A stretch of DNA of 64,000 nt from Gonapodya sp. JEL0774 (GCA_027604505.1 JADIIX010000048.1:1-64000), one strand, 5' to 3'. Counted from the first letter of the stretch, positions 50,064 through 63,976 are shown. The notes: a model not told the origin generated them from the letters alone. Translations and numbers: made by a program.

Positions 50064-53000
50064 ATGTCCGCTCCACCGCCACCACGGCCGTCGCATCATT
50101 CATGGCGAACCCGTCCGCGACCGACATCTCTTCCATCAATGGACCGTCCTCGCCTTGCCGGTGCACACGCGAGGTCCGTGTCTGCTCTTGACGGGAGCCG
50201 TATTTCGCCGTCTCTGACCGTGGAGGAGGGTTTCTCCGACCTCGACATCACGGGGAGCCGAGGGAGAGGGCGGGCACTCACGCGTGATGACGGACATGAT
50301 TTTGGCCCGGATGGAGGCTCAACGAGTGTCTGGTCGATGGAGCAGCAGGGACATCAGAGGCAGCCCAGCAACTACACCTTGACCACGATCCACACCATCT
50401 TGAATCCCGCTCCAGCACCACCACCGGCCAGTTTCACCACAACCCATTCCCCTCCTGTACTCACCCGCGTGCAACGCAAGTACATTTCCCACCGTCGTCC
50501 CGTGTTGGACACACGGTCGTTGAAGACGTTTGGTGCGTTTCTGGGGCCGTGGAAGGACCTCGCGTGGCCATCTCGAGCGTGGACCTCGGACGCGCTGGTT
50601 GTAGCATGGGAGCAAGCATGGGAGTGGGCAGAGTTTGCCCTTACTGGCACCGTTGTTCCCTTTGAAACACTGGAAGGGTTGGCGGGGAGAACCTCCGAGG
50701 GAAGATTCAACACACACAAAGCGCCACGGATTCCCGACGAGGACAAGATAAAAGGAGGGACTTTGGGCGCTATGTCTAGGGATTCCTCTCGAAGAACCTC
50801 GAACTCGAACCTGTTGGGTGCCCAGTCATCGGTTGACTCGAGCACATTCGACCGGGACCTGATGTCGGGTGAATCCAACGAGCGCGATGGTGGAATTTTC
50901 GCATTGGTCACGCGGGCCCTTTCCAGAGCCAGCGTCACCAAATCTGCGAGACCCACCGCTGACGAGGACGACTCCGACTTTGATGAAGACTGGGAGAAGG
51001 ATACTTCCAATCGAATCAACTCATTGACCACTGACGAAGGGACTATTGCGGCCATAAAGAGGGTGTTATCTCGCAAGAGTAGTCGACGAACGGTTGTGGA
51101 CGGCAACAAAAGTCCTCATTCAGAACCTGAACGTGCTGAGGCGACAGGTGGGACGCTGGGAGCTTTCTTGCGAGTTCTCTCAAGGAAAGGCACCGGTCAC
51201 TCCGGTTCCAAACCTGACAAGAGCGAAGCACTTGATCACGAATCCGTGACATCCAAAGCAACCATGGCACCAGCTGGCCCGTCACCCAGCTCGCCGTCAG
51301 AGTCCATAGTTCCTTCAGTGACTTCAAGTCCCTTGACTGTGTTGCCGGGTCAGGAAGACACCCCTGTGGAGAACCCGCTTTCCCCAAACCTCGTACCACC
51401 CGACTTTCCCACCGGAGTTTCGGGTGCGCCGAAACCTCCCCCCGTCACAGACCGCCTCCCTGTCAAGCTTTTGCTGGTTGAGCTTGACTTAACACTCCCT
51501 TGGAAAGAGCTTTTGGGGCGAATTTTCCAACTTAATCGCCTCCGTGATTGTGTGGGCCCTTCGACAACCGCCGGAGTCCTTCTCCGCTCAACGTTCTCGA
51601 ACTCGAAGACTGATATGCGACGTATTCTGAAGACGGTGAAACGGATCGGTAAGGAGACCGGCTTCACAGTTCCGGTCCTGGTGGAGGCGAATGTGGAGGG
51701 AGCGACTGCGATCGAGAGGGTTACTAAAGCCAACCATTTCAGGAAAGTGGTCGAAATGTGCAGAGATGAGCTCAACGGAGTGCTTGCTGTTGGACTGGGT
51801 GGAGTCGTGCTTGAGGAGGTGAGTTTCAATGTGCGACGATGGCTCCATACTGTGCCCAAACATGTGGTGGTCCCAGGACTCGATCCCTCGTCAACGAATT
51901 CGTGAAAATAATGAAAAGCGTGTCTTCGAGTCGCTCATCCGCTTACTCAGCAACGAGGTTACCATACGTGACTCCTTTCTCGTCGTCGACATCACCGTCA
52001 TCCCCAGTGACATTACCCTCCCTGCAGCACTCGAACGTCATCGTGTCACTTGGTCTAAAGAACGGGGATTTCTCGAATGGAAGGCAACTGGCACCGCTTT
52101 CTCACGGTTCGAAGACATTCCTCGGCCGGGAGGTCCGATCGCAGATGTTGACGTGTTTGAATGGATGGCGGGAGATCCGGCCGTCCTTGCTGTAAAAGAC
52201 AGAATGGAATCAACTTGGCGAGAGATCAGCAGAGGTGAGAAAGGTTGGTGGGATAAAGCGCGAGAGAGGGCAATACGAGCATCTACCACATGGCGACCTC
52301 CCCTCGAGATTTTGGGTTTCGAGCAAGCTCTTAGCACGTTTGCCACTGGTGGCGTGGATGAGGCGCGCGAATCTGTGATTGTTCCTCCTGCTCCCCCTTC
52401 GCCTCCATCTCTGGACGATCTCGTACGCCTCGCTTCAGATATGCGCTCCGATGCGTTCCACAAACCGCCGCCTGAAAATGTATTCGCCACACATCTTCGC
52501 GCTCTCCATGCGCATTGCACCACCTTAGATGAGGGTACTGGCGTCCATCTTGGCAAAAGAGTGGTCGAGTGCTCGTTCATCGGAAGGGTACCTTGTCCGA
52601 AACGCCGTGCAGAAGTTGCCCGGTCGGTGTTTGGAGCATTAGAGAACCTCCAAGAGAAAAACCTTCTCGCCACTTTCAAGACCGTTCCGGACCTGGAATC
52701 AGCTCCGAACGGCAGAGAGCTTTCTTCTGGCTATGTCAGGTTTCTAGATGTTCTCGGCAGTATTGCAAATGGAGACGGAATGCTGAAAATACTACAGGAT
52801 ATAGATCGCACGGATGCTTTAATGCCAGAGTCGTCACTTGGATCTGATTCCATTCCCACCCGGTTCCCCTTCATACCAATTGTGATGGCAGCTGCAGCGC
52901 AACTTCGGGACGAACTCGAAACTGAGTCCATCAGCATATTCCTGGGTAGCAGGGCTTCTTTTCGCCTCCATGGCAATGCATCGGAACCGGAACTGCCTTA

Positions 53001-56000
53001 TGCACCAGTTTGGGGGGTGGGAGGAGTGTCTTCAAAGGATGACAAGACGACACACCTATACGTATGTGGTGAGTGAAGAGGCACTGTTTACTTTATGGTG
53101 CGCTGACCAATAAGATGGTGTGTTTGTTCAAAGATGCTCACCCCCACCCCGAGGAAATCATTTTCAACCTGTATCTTCAAGTGCGCTTCAATGTGGAATC
53201 TGACTCGGCGCTTATCGCAGAGTGTCTTGTTTCTGGGATGCTCCTTGAACGTGTAAACCCCATTGCAGTACCCTCGAGGCTCGGTTTGGAGATCGAGATT
53301 AGTGGGCCAGATGATCTTGTCACTTTGGACATTTTGCAAGGTCTGCGTAAGCGACCATCCTGTATTGCAGGCACTGGTATATTGGCGATTGGTACCTTGC
53401 TGCAAGACTATGCTTCCACCATGGCGCAGTACCATCTGAGAGACTACAAGTTCTTTTTGAGTAGTGCCATCGACTCGGCGCGCTGCTCCTATACACCAAA
53501 TGGACCTTTTGAGAAGGATCTGCTCCGAATGTTCGATGCTTTTCTACTTTCCTCGGATGGTCAAGCGAAGGTTTCTTCGATAGTGGCCTCTATAAATTGC
53601 CTGTTTGATTCACAGGAGACCCGTGAATTTGGGTGCTTGCTGTTCGCGTCGCTATGGAAAGGCTATCGCTACTTGGTTTGGGACGAGCTAAAAGTTTCCC
53701 TGAGGAGTAAGAATGGTCGAAGGTTTCTCCGCGATTCGGATCAGGCAGCTGTTTCTCTGGAGATGACAACCACTCAGCGAAATCTCAATGTTGTCTTCGG
53801 ATGCACATCTTTACAACTTTCTGGGCCCATGAACGATCAGTTGAGAGCGGATGTGGGGAAAGCACGAGTCAGTGTCGATACAGGTTTGTCAAGTACAGGT
53901 GCGAAAGATGACCTCGATCAGTTCAGTTATTTGCAAGAGCAAGCGAAAGATGTATGTACCACATGCTCTCTGTTTTCGTTATTTCTGTAGCTTAGCAAAC
54001 ACTCCACCAGTTCGTCAACGCCTTTGTGTTTGTGTATCCTGTCCTCCTTGATATTCTGTTAACATCTGTGATCGGCTCGGGCATTTTCTATTGCGACAAA
54101 ATCAGCGATCAAATGAAAAATCACATGTCGATCACCCTTCTCGTATGCTTTCCAATAATTGGTGGATTGTTGAACTCTAGTGAGGACCCTTCGAACCTGT
54201 AACGAGCTGTTGCTTGTTATTCATCAACTGACCTAAGTTGCCAGAACGTCGACTTCTTTCATCAACACTCGGTCTTATCCAGTATTCTTTGAAGTTCTCA
54301 TGCAGAAATTCGCAATGACGTTTCTGGTGGCTGGGTTTGTTTCCGCCGCGGTCTCGATTCCTTTTGCTGTGCTATGGGACTGGCATGAGGCGCTTCTCTT
54401 CCCATACGCATTGACATTTATTTGGTTTATGATTTTGTTCGGTACTTTGCTTCTTCTTCGAGATGCAAACCGTCTATTTCTGTTGAGGTGAGCCTCCACT
54501 ACCTGTTCATCAATATCTCATCTCAGATATCTGATTATTTGTTTTACTGTATAAACAGCGAAGGTCCGCAAGCTGTAGCGATAGCAACATTGATACTGCT
54601 TATTGCGCCACTAGTATCGGTATTCGCGCTTGATGCCACTAACTCTGATGTGACTTTTGTCGCTGTCTACATTGGGGCATTCATTTGTGCGGACATCTTT
54701 ATGCTACACCGCGTGAGCGCGTGAACGTTCTCGAACTCCTTGTGCGCTCGGGACTTACCAAATTCGCTTCTTATCTCCTCTAGCTCGCAGTGATTGCGCA
54801 GGGCTTCCTGGAATGGCCTCAGAGGGTGGAGATTCCACATGAAGACGACGTTCGCAAAATCTTCGCAATTGAATGCGAGCAGCCGGCTTCCTTTGAAAAT
54901 GAAACCGCGCTTGACTACCAGAAACGATTGAGGCTTTGGGAACGCCTTGCGAGGGAGTACTATGCTGCCGAAGTTGAACAAGCCCTGAAAAGCCATAAGC
55001 CTTTTGGGGGCCGGGTGGCTACTCGGACCCAGCAAGAGATATTGGAGAGATGCGAAAATTGGCGTTGGGAGAGACCACTGGTTTTGTGGTATTCGGGACT
55101 TTCCGGACTCCCGCTTCCTTCACCTTTCAGCAGCGAATGGGATACGCTTGCTCGCCAAGCCAAGACCAAACTGCATGGGCGATATCAAGCGAATAAGCCC
55201 AACAGAGGAGATATTTTGTTTGACATGGAACTTCCAGCGATTGTTTTTGGAGCACTCTACTTTGTATTTATCTTTGTGGACAGATGGTCGGCTCTGCTTG
55301 CGAATGGTATCACTTTCATCTTCACCAGCACCTCCAATATGGTTGATGCTTCTGGAAGCCTTGACGACTCCTATCTGACAGGTGTTAGATATGGCACCTT
55401 GTTCATTCTCCTGGGGTCTGGATTTCTTGAAATGGCATTACTCCGTCTGCTATCAAATGAACAAGCGGGTAAAACAACTAGACTGTCGAAAAACGTGACG
55501 ACGCAAGACTTACTGAGTATCAGTGAGCAAGCTGCGAAGAACTTATTCTGGAAGGAGCTGTTCATTTTCTCGGGGGAGTTGCTCTTGGTAGCCATTGGTG
55601 TTGCTTTGATCGGATTTCACAGCGTTTTCTCGTCAACATCATCTACTTTCTCATATTTTGTTTCTTGCTTCGGATTTTACGGTCTGCTTGTTGCTCTCTT
55701 TGCGAAACTTCACATCAAGAGAGAAGCAGACTTAAATGTGACTTTGGCAGTTGCTTCAATCGTGGGAATAGCAGGATCCTGTGCATTTCAGATTGTTCTC
55801 AAGTCTCCTTATTATCTCTTTCTCATCGATGCAGCTTCATCGTGGCTCTTCGCGATAGTTGCGTTCTTTCTTTCGGGCCGTGATACAGTATTTCGCCGAC
55901 GAGGATTTCGAATATCGCCTCTGCTGAATACCAGTGGTTTTCGTCGTCTGGGTCTCCAAGTTGATGAAACTTTGGAGGCTGGTAATCGAGAGCAGCTGCT

Positions 56001-59000
56001 TAAGGTTCTCGTCCGGAGAAAGAAACACTTTCGTGTGTTACCTTGTCCAACAAGCGAAACCACTTTTCGAATTCTCTCGCAATTTCTGCGGCGAAATCGT
56101 TTCCTCGACACCCAAGAAAGCGGAGGTGACAGAGACATCATAATCGATCACATTGGGCGAAGAGCTTTCCCCGAGTTATCGAATTGGGTGTCAAAAGCCG
56201 TGGATAACTTTCAAGCTGGTCTAATTGTTGTCTATTCTGTTGCGGAAGAGTTGTCGTCCCGTTTTCAAAATCGATATCATGGTATATCGTACTTATCCCC
56301 TCAAACTGGCAAGCTTGAAGTATTTTGCGTCACGCCCGCACACTTGCAGGACCTGAACCAATTTCTTTTTGAAGTGGTTTTGCATGAATATCTGGAGACA
56401 GTTATTGGGCTCACTCATTCACAGACTGTTGCGGCAACTCATCTTGTTCTTGTTGAAGACTCCCCTGCGAGTGATCTTACCACAATCACAAAACGGGACA
56501 TTGAAGCCATGCAACGCTTTGATCAGAAGAAACTGCACTTGAATGCAGAGGTTCAATTCGCAAAACGATTCCAATTCGACAATTGTCCACAATTCGCATC
56601 TCCCTTAATGGCTCTACCGCCCATGGCAATCAAGGTAAATCTTCTACATCTCCGAACTGTTTTTGAATCAGTGGAAACCAATCCTCCATTCCCCACAGGC
56701 TCATCTCTCCCACTTGTCCGCGGATGACGCAATGAGTATCGTGAACGCGCATGCAGCCCTCTTGGTGGGCTTATACGCTGCAGTTATTGTAGCTGGTCAT
56801 CGCGAAAATGAACGAGCAAATCCACAAGCTGAAGTTGATTCAAACATGGCCAGGTCCCGTGCATCTCCAAATCTGGCTGTACTCTCTTTATACTTAGCGC
56901 TGACGGCAGATCCTCGCTTTGGGCGTGAAATCTCGAACGCGAAGGTCTCGTCGCCGATCCGTTTTGCTTTCGGGCAGATATACAGATGCTCATTGGCTTT
57001 GTCCCTATCTTTGAAATGGTGGCTGGTGTATCGGAATCTTGCGCATGTTGTCTCTTTTTTCCGCCGTACGAGTGGACTTCAGCGTGTCCATATTCCCGAA
57101 TCACAGCGCTCTTTAATTTACGACACCAGCGCTGTGGTTACTCGGTGTGACCTATTCGATTTTCCTAACAAGAATTCAATCAGTGTGAAAATGGATTCCG
57201 ACATTGCGGGTTTCTCGTTGTGCATGGCGCGTTTCAATGGTATGTGGCACTTTCTGCATTGTGTTTGGGAGCCGCCCGTATACCGCACCAACCGTAATCC
57301 ATGCGAACGACAGGTCCGAGAGGAACTGACTGGAAACCTATCACGGGTCGGGACAAGCCGTTAAGCAAAGCATATTTTGAGAGCAAGCGACTTATTTGCG
57401 AGCAGATCTTCCATGCCAACGACACCCTCACAATACTATACGACTATCAAGCAGATTCGGCGCATTACCCTCAACGACGATTTGTTCTCAAAGGAGCATT
57501 CAAGAAGACGTGGCTCGAAGAATTGAACTCACTAGAACAGTGTGAACAGTGGATGGAAACTCAGCATTTCATCAACAACTCTGGTCGAGTTCGAAGATCT
57601 AGTATTCGAATTGGATCCACCCATATCTCCGCGACGTTCACATATCCCGGCGGAGACTCTTCCAATGCGCTCTTGATCGCCGATACTGCCCAATACGAGC
57701 CTATGGGAAACGACTGGAGCCTCACAGTTCATTTTGCTCGTGGGTGGGATTCTCAAGGTGGCATGCCCAAATTTTCACTCCTCGAGTACCAACAAGGCGA
57801 GACCGCTCATTTAGTATCGTTTGACTATTCGCATCCTCAGCACGTAAAGCTCGGTGAGTGATTCACCATGCTGGGTCACAGTGGCCGCTTTAACAGTTTC
57901 TGTTCAGACTGCGTGCAGCTTCTATCGGACGGGAGCAAGCGACCAACGGCAACACCTAGCATCATTGCGACTGATCAACATGGTCTCCTTAAACGCGGGC
58001 CACCTATCCACTTTGATTCTTCTAGTGAACTTCTGACAACAAACTTGAAGCCAGTCAATGAAAGACGGTGGCTCCGGATAATGAAAACCGACTTCTATGG
58101 GTGCAATTACAGCACTAGTCGAAAGCGTGAAGAACTCTGGGCGCTATGGCGAGCAAACAAAATCCCGGGAGCAATAGCACGTACTTTGGACTTGGATGTT
58201 TTATTACGGGAAGAGAAGTCACTGGAAGAGTATTTCTCTCAGCGAGATTGTGGTGACCTTGAAGGCTCTGCGAAATCACTGTCAAAAGTCAAAGATGTAC
58301 TCGATATGATTCTTACGGTGCCAGACACTCCTGAAACTCGTCCGTCGTCCATGCATGTTCGCATTGCGGATTTACAAGACCTCGCCGCTGGAGGTGATAG
58401 CTCACAAGTTTCTTCGAATGGAAGATACTGGTCGAGTGGACTGAAAGTTGTAGCAATCGATAGTGGCACGTTTCCCACAGGTGGAGGCGGAGTTGGGAGC
58501 TGTAGAAGGTACCGTCTGGAGAAGTTCTCGCCCCTGGATTGCCTGTAAAGAATTGATTCGATAATCTTATGTCATTTAGAGATTTGGTCAATAATCTCGA
58601 CACAATTCGATGGACTTGTCTCGCAGAACTGGCAGATTCAGAAGTCGCGCAGCGTGAATATCAATTAGAGAAGCACGTTGACGCTCTGCACTATCTTCCT
58701 ATATGGGATCAAGACTTTGGGAACCCCAATGAAAATTTTCGGCGCTCTGTTCCAGCCGCGGAGTTGACCCAGCGGCTCCGCTACACGTCTAAAAAAATGC
58801 TCCGTGAGACCTTTGCACCTCTCATACAACAGCTTGTACATGGAATTTTCGATGAAAGTCTCGTAGACACGAAATTGGAGTTCTACGAATCCACCTTTGT
58901 GAAAATATACGAACTCTGTCAAGAATACGATTGGGTAACGTGCTGGGAATCGAATGAGAGCATTGATGCATTTATTGCAGCAGCATTGCAGATCTGCAAC

Positions 59001-60500
59001 ATTCAAGCACAGGCAGAAACAGCATTAGCGGCGGAACTACGTGGGTGTGGCGCCGAGGGAGGTTAAATTTCATTCTCGTACTTACTTCTAATCGCAGCAA
59101 CGCTTCACGAGCTTGGTCTCGCATACAGCCTCCTGTCGAGGACGCTTCTCCCACTTTCGTTCCGACTACCAGAGTTTCCGAATAAATGTCCTTGCTACCA
59201 CGCATCCCATCACGGTCCACAGGCTATTGTTGGAGTTTTAGCGAAGAAGCTGCACGGAGTTACATTTGTCGTTTGGGATCAGTGAGCACGCCTCATTCGT
59301 CTTTTCATATTGACTCTTTTTTACGTCAACAAATGTCCCCTTGCGAAGTGGGGTGCTCTGGCGCGAGCGGCTGTTCGGACTGTGCGACGCCGAAAACATG
59401 CCATTGCTTGTTCAGACAGTTTTTGCAGGGATGACACGGTTGATCGCATGGCTTGCAATACGACGAGCGGATGTTATCACACCTTGTACAAGTATTCAGA
59501 ATCCTGTGTGGGAGGCGCATCTGGGAGGTGGTAGGTATTGCGTTGGGTCTGACAGTGATGCCCTCTGACCGCAACCATCGTGGTTTTGATCGTGGGTAGG
59601 AAAGTTCAATGACAATGATGCTCGGTCCTCTACGATGCTCAAAATTTCGCCGGTAGTGAACGGGATGAGCGTAGCGCGATTTCACCCAAAGTTCACTGCG
59701 GAGCTCGAACAGCCGACTGGCGTCATGTTGTCGCATATCAGCCCAGTCAAAGGAGTAGCGAGAGCCATTGCGGCGGTTGGGGTCATAGTGAAAGAGTATG
59801 GTATCCGAAACTTTGAGCTTCACATATATGGAAGTACAGAGAAAGATCCTGCGTATACTGGTAAGCTGGTTACCGAAATAACACTCTGAGTCGCATCTAG
59901 CTGATATAGTCGTGATGTTATCACGTAGCAACCTGCAGCTCTCTGGTGGCTTCGCTGAACTTGTCCAGCCACGTTTTTTTCAAAGGGCTAGGTTCACCTG
60001 CAGAAGTTCTTCCCACGGGATGGGTATTTGTCAATAGCTCAATCACCGAAGGACTCCCTCTAGCACTCGGGGAGGCTGGTCTCTGTGGTCTTCCGGTTGT
60101 ATGTACAGACGTTGGGGGGAGTAGGGAGGTCGCGTCGGATCTCGTAACGGGCGAGGTGTATGGTGCGATTGTTCCTGCAGGACGAGAACATCAACTCGCA
60201 CGCGCGATCCTGTCTGTTCTCGCAGTAACAGATGGCCTAGAAGATATCGCGGGAGAGCCACGCGTTCCCGCAGCTAAGATCAGCGACTTTTTATCGTTGG
60301 GACCTGAGGGAGCTGGAATGCTCGAGGTTCGCATGAAGGACCCTGCCATCAAAGCAGCTCGACAGAGAGTAGGATTGCGATTGAGACAACGCGTAATCCA
60401 GACATTTTCTATTGCAAAATACTTGAGAGTGCACGAACAGATAATGTCTCTTGGCACAGCATATGCGGAATCACACACACGGGGTTTGCTACAGTCATAA
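50064..60500 (+). CDS. Giant multi-pass glycosyltransferase family 4, PelF/DUF3492-type (Aspergillus Gtb3-like), multi-exon
   Basis: In-frame spliced exons from ATG 50064 (e.g. intron 51819-51876). Hydrophobic TM blocks at ~54010-54720 and ~55240-55870. Motifs DSGTFPTGGGGVGSCRR|DLVNNL, WDHGVLWRERL, ADVITPCT, VNGM, VMLSHISPVKG and the GT4 EX7E motif SITEGLPLALGEA...VCTDVGGSRE. TAA at 60498-60500. Confidence 0.85.
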
Positions 60501-60902
60501 GCAGGAGAGTCGAGATTGGAAGGGGCGCTTAAAGTCGGATGTCATTTACACACGAGAATTGCTCATTGGAGTCTTTGGTCATTATCTTGGTCATAACAGT
60601 CAACATAGTTTTCCGAACATTATAAAAAATATATATCTATTATTGATCTCCTTCTTAATATTTGCAGAACGCAGAATTAACATTAATTAACTAATATTCA
60701 GAACACAATCTCTGCAAGTATCGCCTTCGTCTGTTGGGGGGGCGCTTACATCACGCAGCCAGAGAGCCTGGCTCACGCACATGCCCAGCCCAGTTGCAAC
60801 GTTTGATGAGAGAACACAACATGCAACAGATTCTCTCAATACATTCAATGTGAATTAAAATAAAAATTTAACCCCTAATGGCCCCACCGATACCACCTCA
60901 TA

Positions 60903-62959
60903 TTACCCATTGGCACCCCTGTGACCGGCGGCAACCCCCGTATTCCGCGTTCTCGCCCTTCCTTCTTCTGGACCAACCTGGCCAGGCCTACTTCCCGACA
61001 TCCTCTGCTCTCTCTGCTCCCTCTCCCTTTCCCTCGCCACACCGGCCTCCCGCGCTGCCTGAGAAAACTTGGGCAAAACGTCGCGGTAGGCAGCGTACGT
61101 CGAGAGGACGAGGATGGCGGAGCAGACAAAAATGGAGATGAGGAAGCCATAGGGGAGGGAGTTGGGCGGGGGAAGGGTCTGAGGGGAACGTGAGTTTGCG
61201 CGTGGGCGATGGTGGTCAAAGGAGCCGATATCCGGGCGACGAGAACCGACCCACCACACCCCCAAAACCACAGCAATCTGTTCACAATCAGGTCCAACCA
61301 GGAACCTCTCGATCGTTACTCACCGCAACCGACGCGGCTAAATGCGCTGCAGCTGTGCCGAGCACTCTCGTCCATGAGCGTGTTTGGTATCCTTCAAACG
61401 CCACCATGTTCCACGCGATGTTGAGTAAAGTGAATTGAGATGAGGTAATGGCTACAAGAAGGGTGAAGTTTTGTGAACAGCTGGACAAGAACTTGAAACT
61501 CGTCAATCACTGCAACGCCGATCGTTTTGTGGGGCAGTTGATGAAATACTCGATCCTTCCTCACATCAGTTCCCGACAGGCGTTACGTAAAGCACCTCGT
61601 TTCCACACCGGGTCCAGGTTTCTTACAAATACAGGAAACCCCATAACCCCAACCTCCCGCGTTCCGCGAGCTCCCACTTCCCTTCCCTCCCGCCTCTGCC
61701 CGCCGATCCTTCTCCCATTAACTTACCGCCCAAAAACACCATACTCGCTCCAGCGCCTCCCTTTGCGACCACCACTCCCGGCCCGATACTCTGCGCCAGC
61801 AGATCCACATAGGTTACAAGGGAATTCGCCACGCCGAAGCCGAATCCGGCGACAAGAGAGCGGGTGGGGGGATTTAGAGGCGAGCGGGGGTTGGGGGTGA
61901 CGAGGTCGAGGGACGGTTGGGCGCGGCTTGGGAAACGAAGTGGTTAGGAGGAAGGAGGGAAGGGAGAAGAGGATGTGGGCATTGGTATTAAAATTGTCAA
62001 AAGAATGGCACAAGTCCATCCCCTCAGAAGTTCAAGGTTCAAGGTCTCAAATGACGTGAGGCACGTGTCCTGAGACGCGCGAGAGTTTCGGTAGGATGTC
62101 ACCGTTTATTGCTCGCTGGGCAGCGCCCCACTCCAAGGATCGGCAGCCAAATCGGCGCTGTACCCGATGCTACGTGCTCCATTCTCTACTATTCTTCCTC
62201 CCGAGCCCCAACTCCCACGAGCTTTCCTCTGTCCTAAATTCAAAGATGCAATGCAGAATCCATTATCTGCTCTTCTCAGTTCAAAGTTCATTATTACCAC
62301 TTGAGGTTCCTCGATCTCGGCCCATTCGGTGGGGACTTTTATGGTTCCAACTTCATTCTGTCATCTCCAAAGTTGATTCTCAACTCGGTGGAAGTCACTC
62401 GAGGTTCGTTCTCCCCCTTACAGTGGCAATCCCTTCGTCTACCGTGTATGGGAACATGAAGCTGACATGCTCCGGGCTCAGAATCAAGAGTGCTCGAATG
62501 GCAACACATCAACCAACTCCAGCTCCGCTTTATCGACTTGTTGCTTGAACCACGTCACCCAATCATGCCAATAGCTCTTCTCTTTTCCAAATATCTTTTC
62601 CAGTCTTTGAATTTTTCCGCTCAGTCCATTGCCGGATTCATGGGGTCTCGGGAAGGAGCAAGCGAGTTCAGTTCGCTGTTCCTTGTCCAGAAGCCAACGC
62701 ACCTAATCAAGACGTAGTAAAGGTACCTGAAGACTTCCTGAGCTGCGACTGCGACGACGATAGCAAAGATCTGGGACGATTGTAGTGGGGGAATGATGCG
62801 CCAAATGAGCGCGGATATCAAGAGCGACAGGAGCCAGAAGAAAGCACTGGAGATTGCAAGGAGCGCGAGTGCCGCATCGTTTGCCACGAAGCCGAAGAAA
62901 ATGGCGAGAGCCGGAGAGTATGCAGTGAGCAGACACCCGAAGAAGGACAGCAGTGTCAT
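60903..62959 (-). CDS. APH1: Gamma-secretase subunit APH-1
   Basis: Exons 62959-62703, 61926-61727, 61451-61324 and 61178-60903. MTLLSFFGCLLTAYSPALAIF, SAFFWLLSLL, QEVFRY, GxxxG in VAGFGFGVA, LAQSIGPG, AHLAAS. Confidence 0.92.
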
Positions 62960-63337
62960 TGTGGTCAGAGTGTGTGCCGCCCTACACCAGCTGCCCATGA
63001 CACCCCACGACGCATAGGGAACTACGCGAATCTGGGGGGGCCGCTCAACTCGCACACGCAAACTAAATTTTTCACCCTGAAGCGAGCGAATCGTTCGCTT
63101 CACCCCCCATTGGGCTCGCAATAATGTGGAGACATGGTCGAACACGCCGTCGGACTAATTGATGGACTGGCAATGTAAATGACATTCTTCAAAAATAAAG
63201 TATACATAAATGAACTCATAGTGAATCAATAGAGCAGTGACAATCAGTTCCTTGGACAATAATAGTCGCCACGTGACCCAGAACAACAGTCAACAAACTT
63301 CCATTCAACCGTCCTCAATCCTCATTCCATCGGCGGG

Positions 63338-63976
63338 TCATATCCGATAGCGTCCTCGGTTCAAAGGCACCCTCCACTTTTCTGTCTGCTTTTCGATTTT
63401 CCCCACAACGTGATCTGTCACCCTTTTGCTGAAAACGATCATCAGAAGAACCAACACGACGGTGACCAGATTTTGACCGAAAATAGAGTTGAGAGGCGCC
63501 AAGATGGGGGACGATGTCATGGTATATTCAAGAATCTAAACGGAGTTTCACATGCGAACAAACCAGACAGACGACAGTGAATAGACTTGTCAGGAGCTGT
63601 GTGATTGCCATGCAGAGTTGAGAAGTCTATCCTCACCTGGCTCTGGAGAAAAAGGGAAGATGGCAAAAGGATCACTGGTCAGAGAGCGTGACAGAATCGC
63701 CTTTTCTCTTCTTATAGGAACAGTTGTCTTGCTTGGGAGATCGCCTCAAACCTGCTGTGGCCTCAGCCGAGATATTGCACTGATCTTGCTGGGAAGGAAA
63801 CGGGGCAGCTCCAAAAATGTATTCTCTTTCAGCAGGAGAATAATCATTATCCCGCTGTCTTTGATGTCAGCTCTGGTGGCCTGGAGCTCGTGGCGAATAC
63901 GAAGCAGGTTGTCCTTGTTCACTTTCGCCAGCAACCAACTGTCCAAATCCATGTCACACACGCCAGCGAAGAACAC
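63338..63976 (-). CDS. Hypothetical protein, 3' exons only (gene continues beyond the window), C-terminal TM helix
   Basis: Exon-like ORFs with AG acceptors at ~63977 and ~63536. The last exon encodes ILEYTMTSSP...NLVTVVLVLLMIVFSKR...RYRI-stop. The middle junction is unresolved. Confidence 0.45.

Noticed and set aside
34477..60500. GT32 and GT4 as a polysaccharide biosynthesis cluster
   Set aside because: Separated by ~14 kb of housekeeping genes (Cbp4-like, UTP10, NPR3), with no accessory enzymes.
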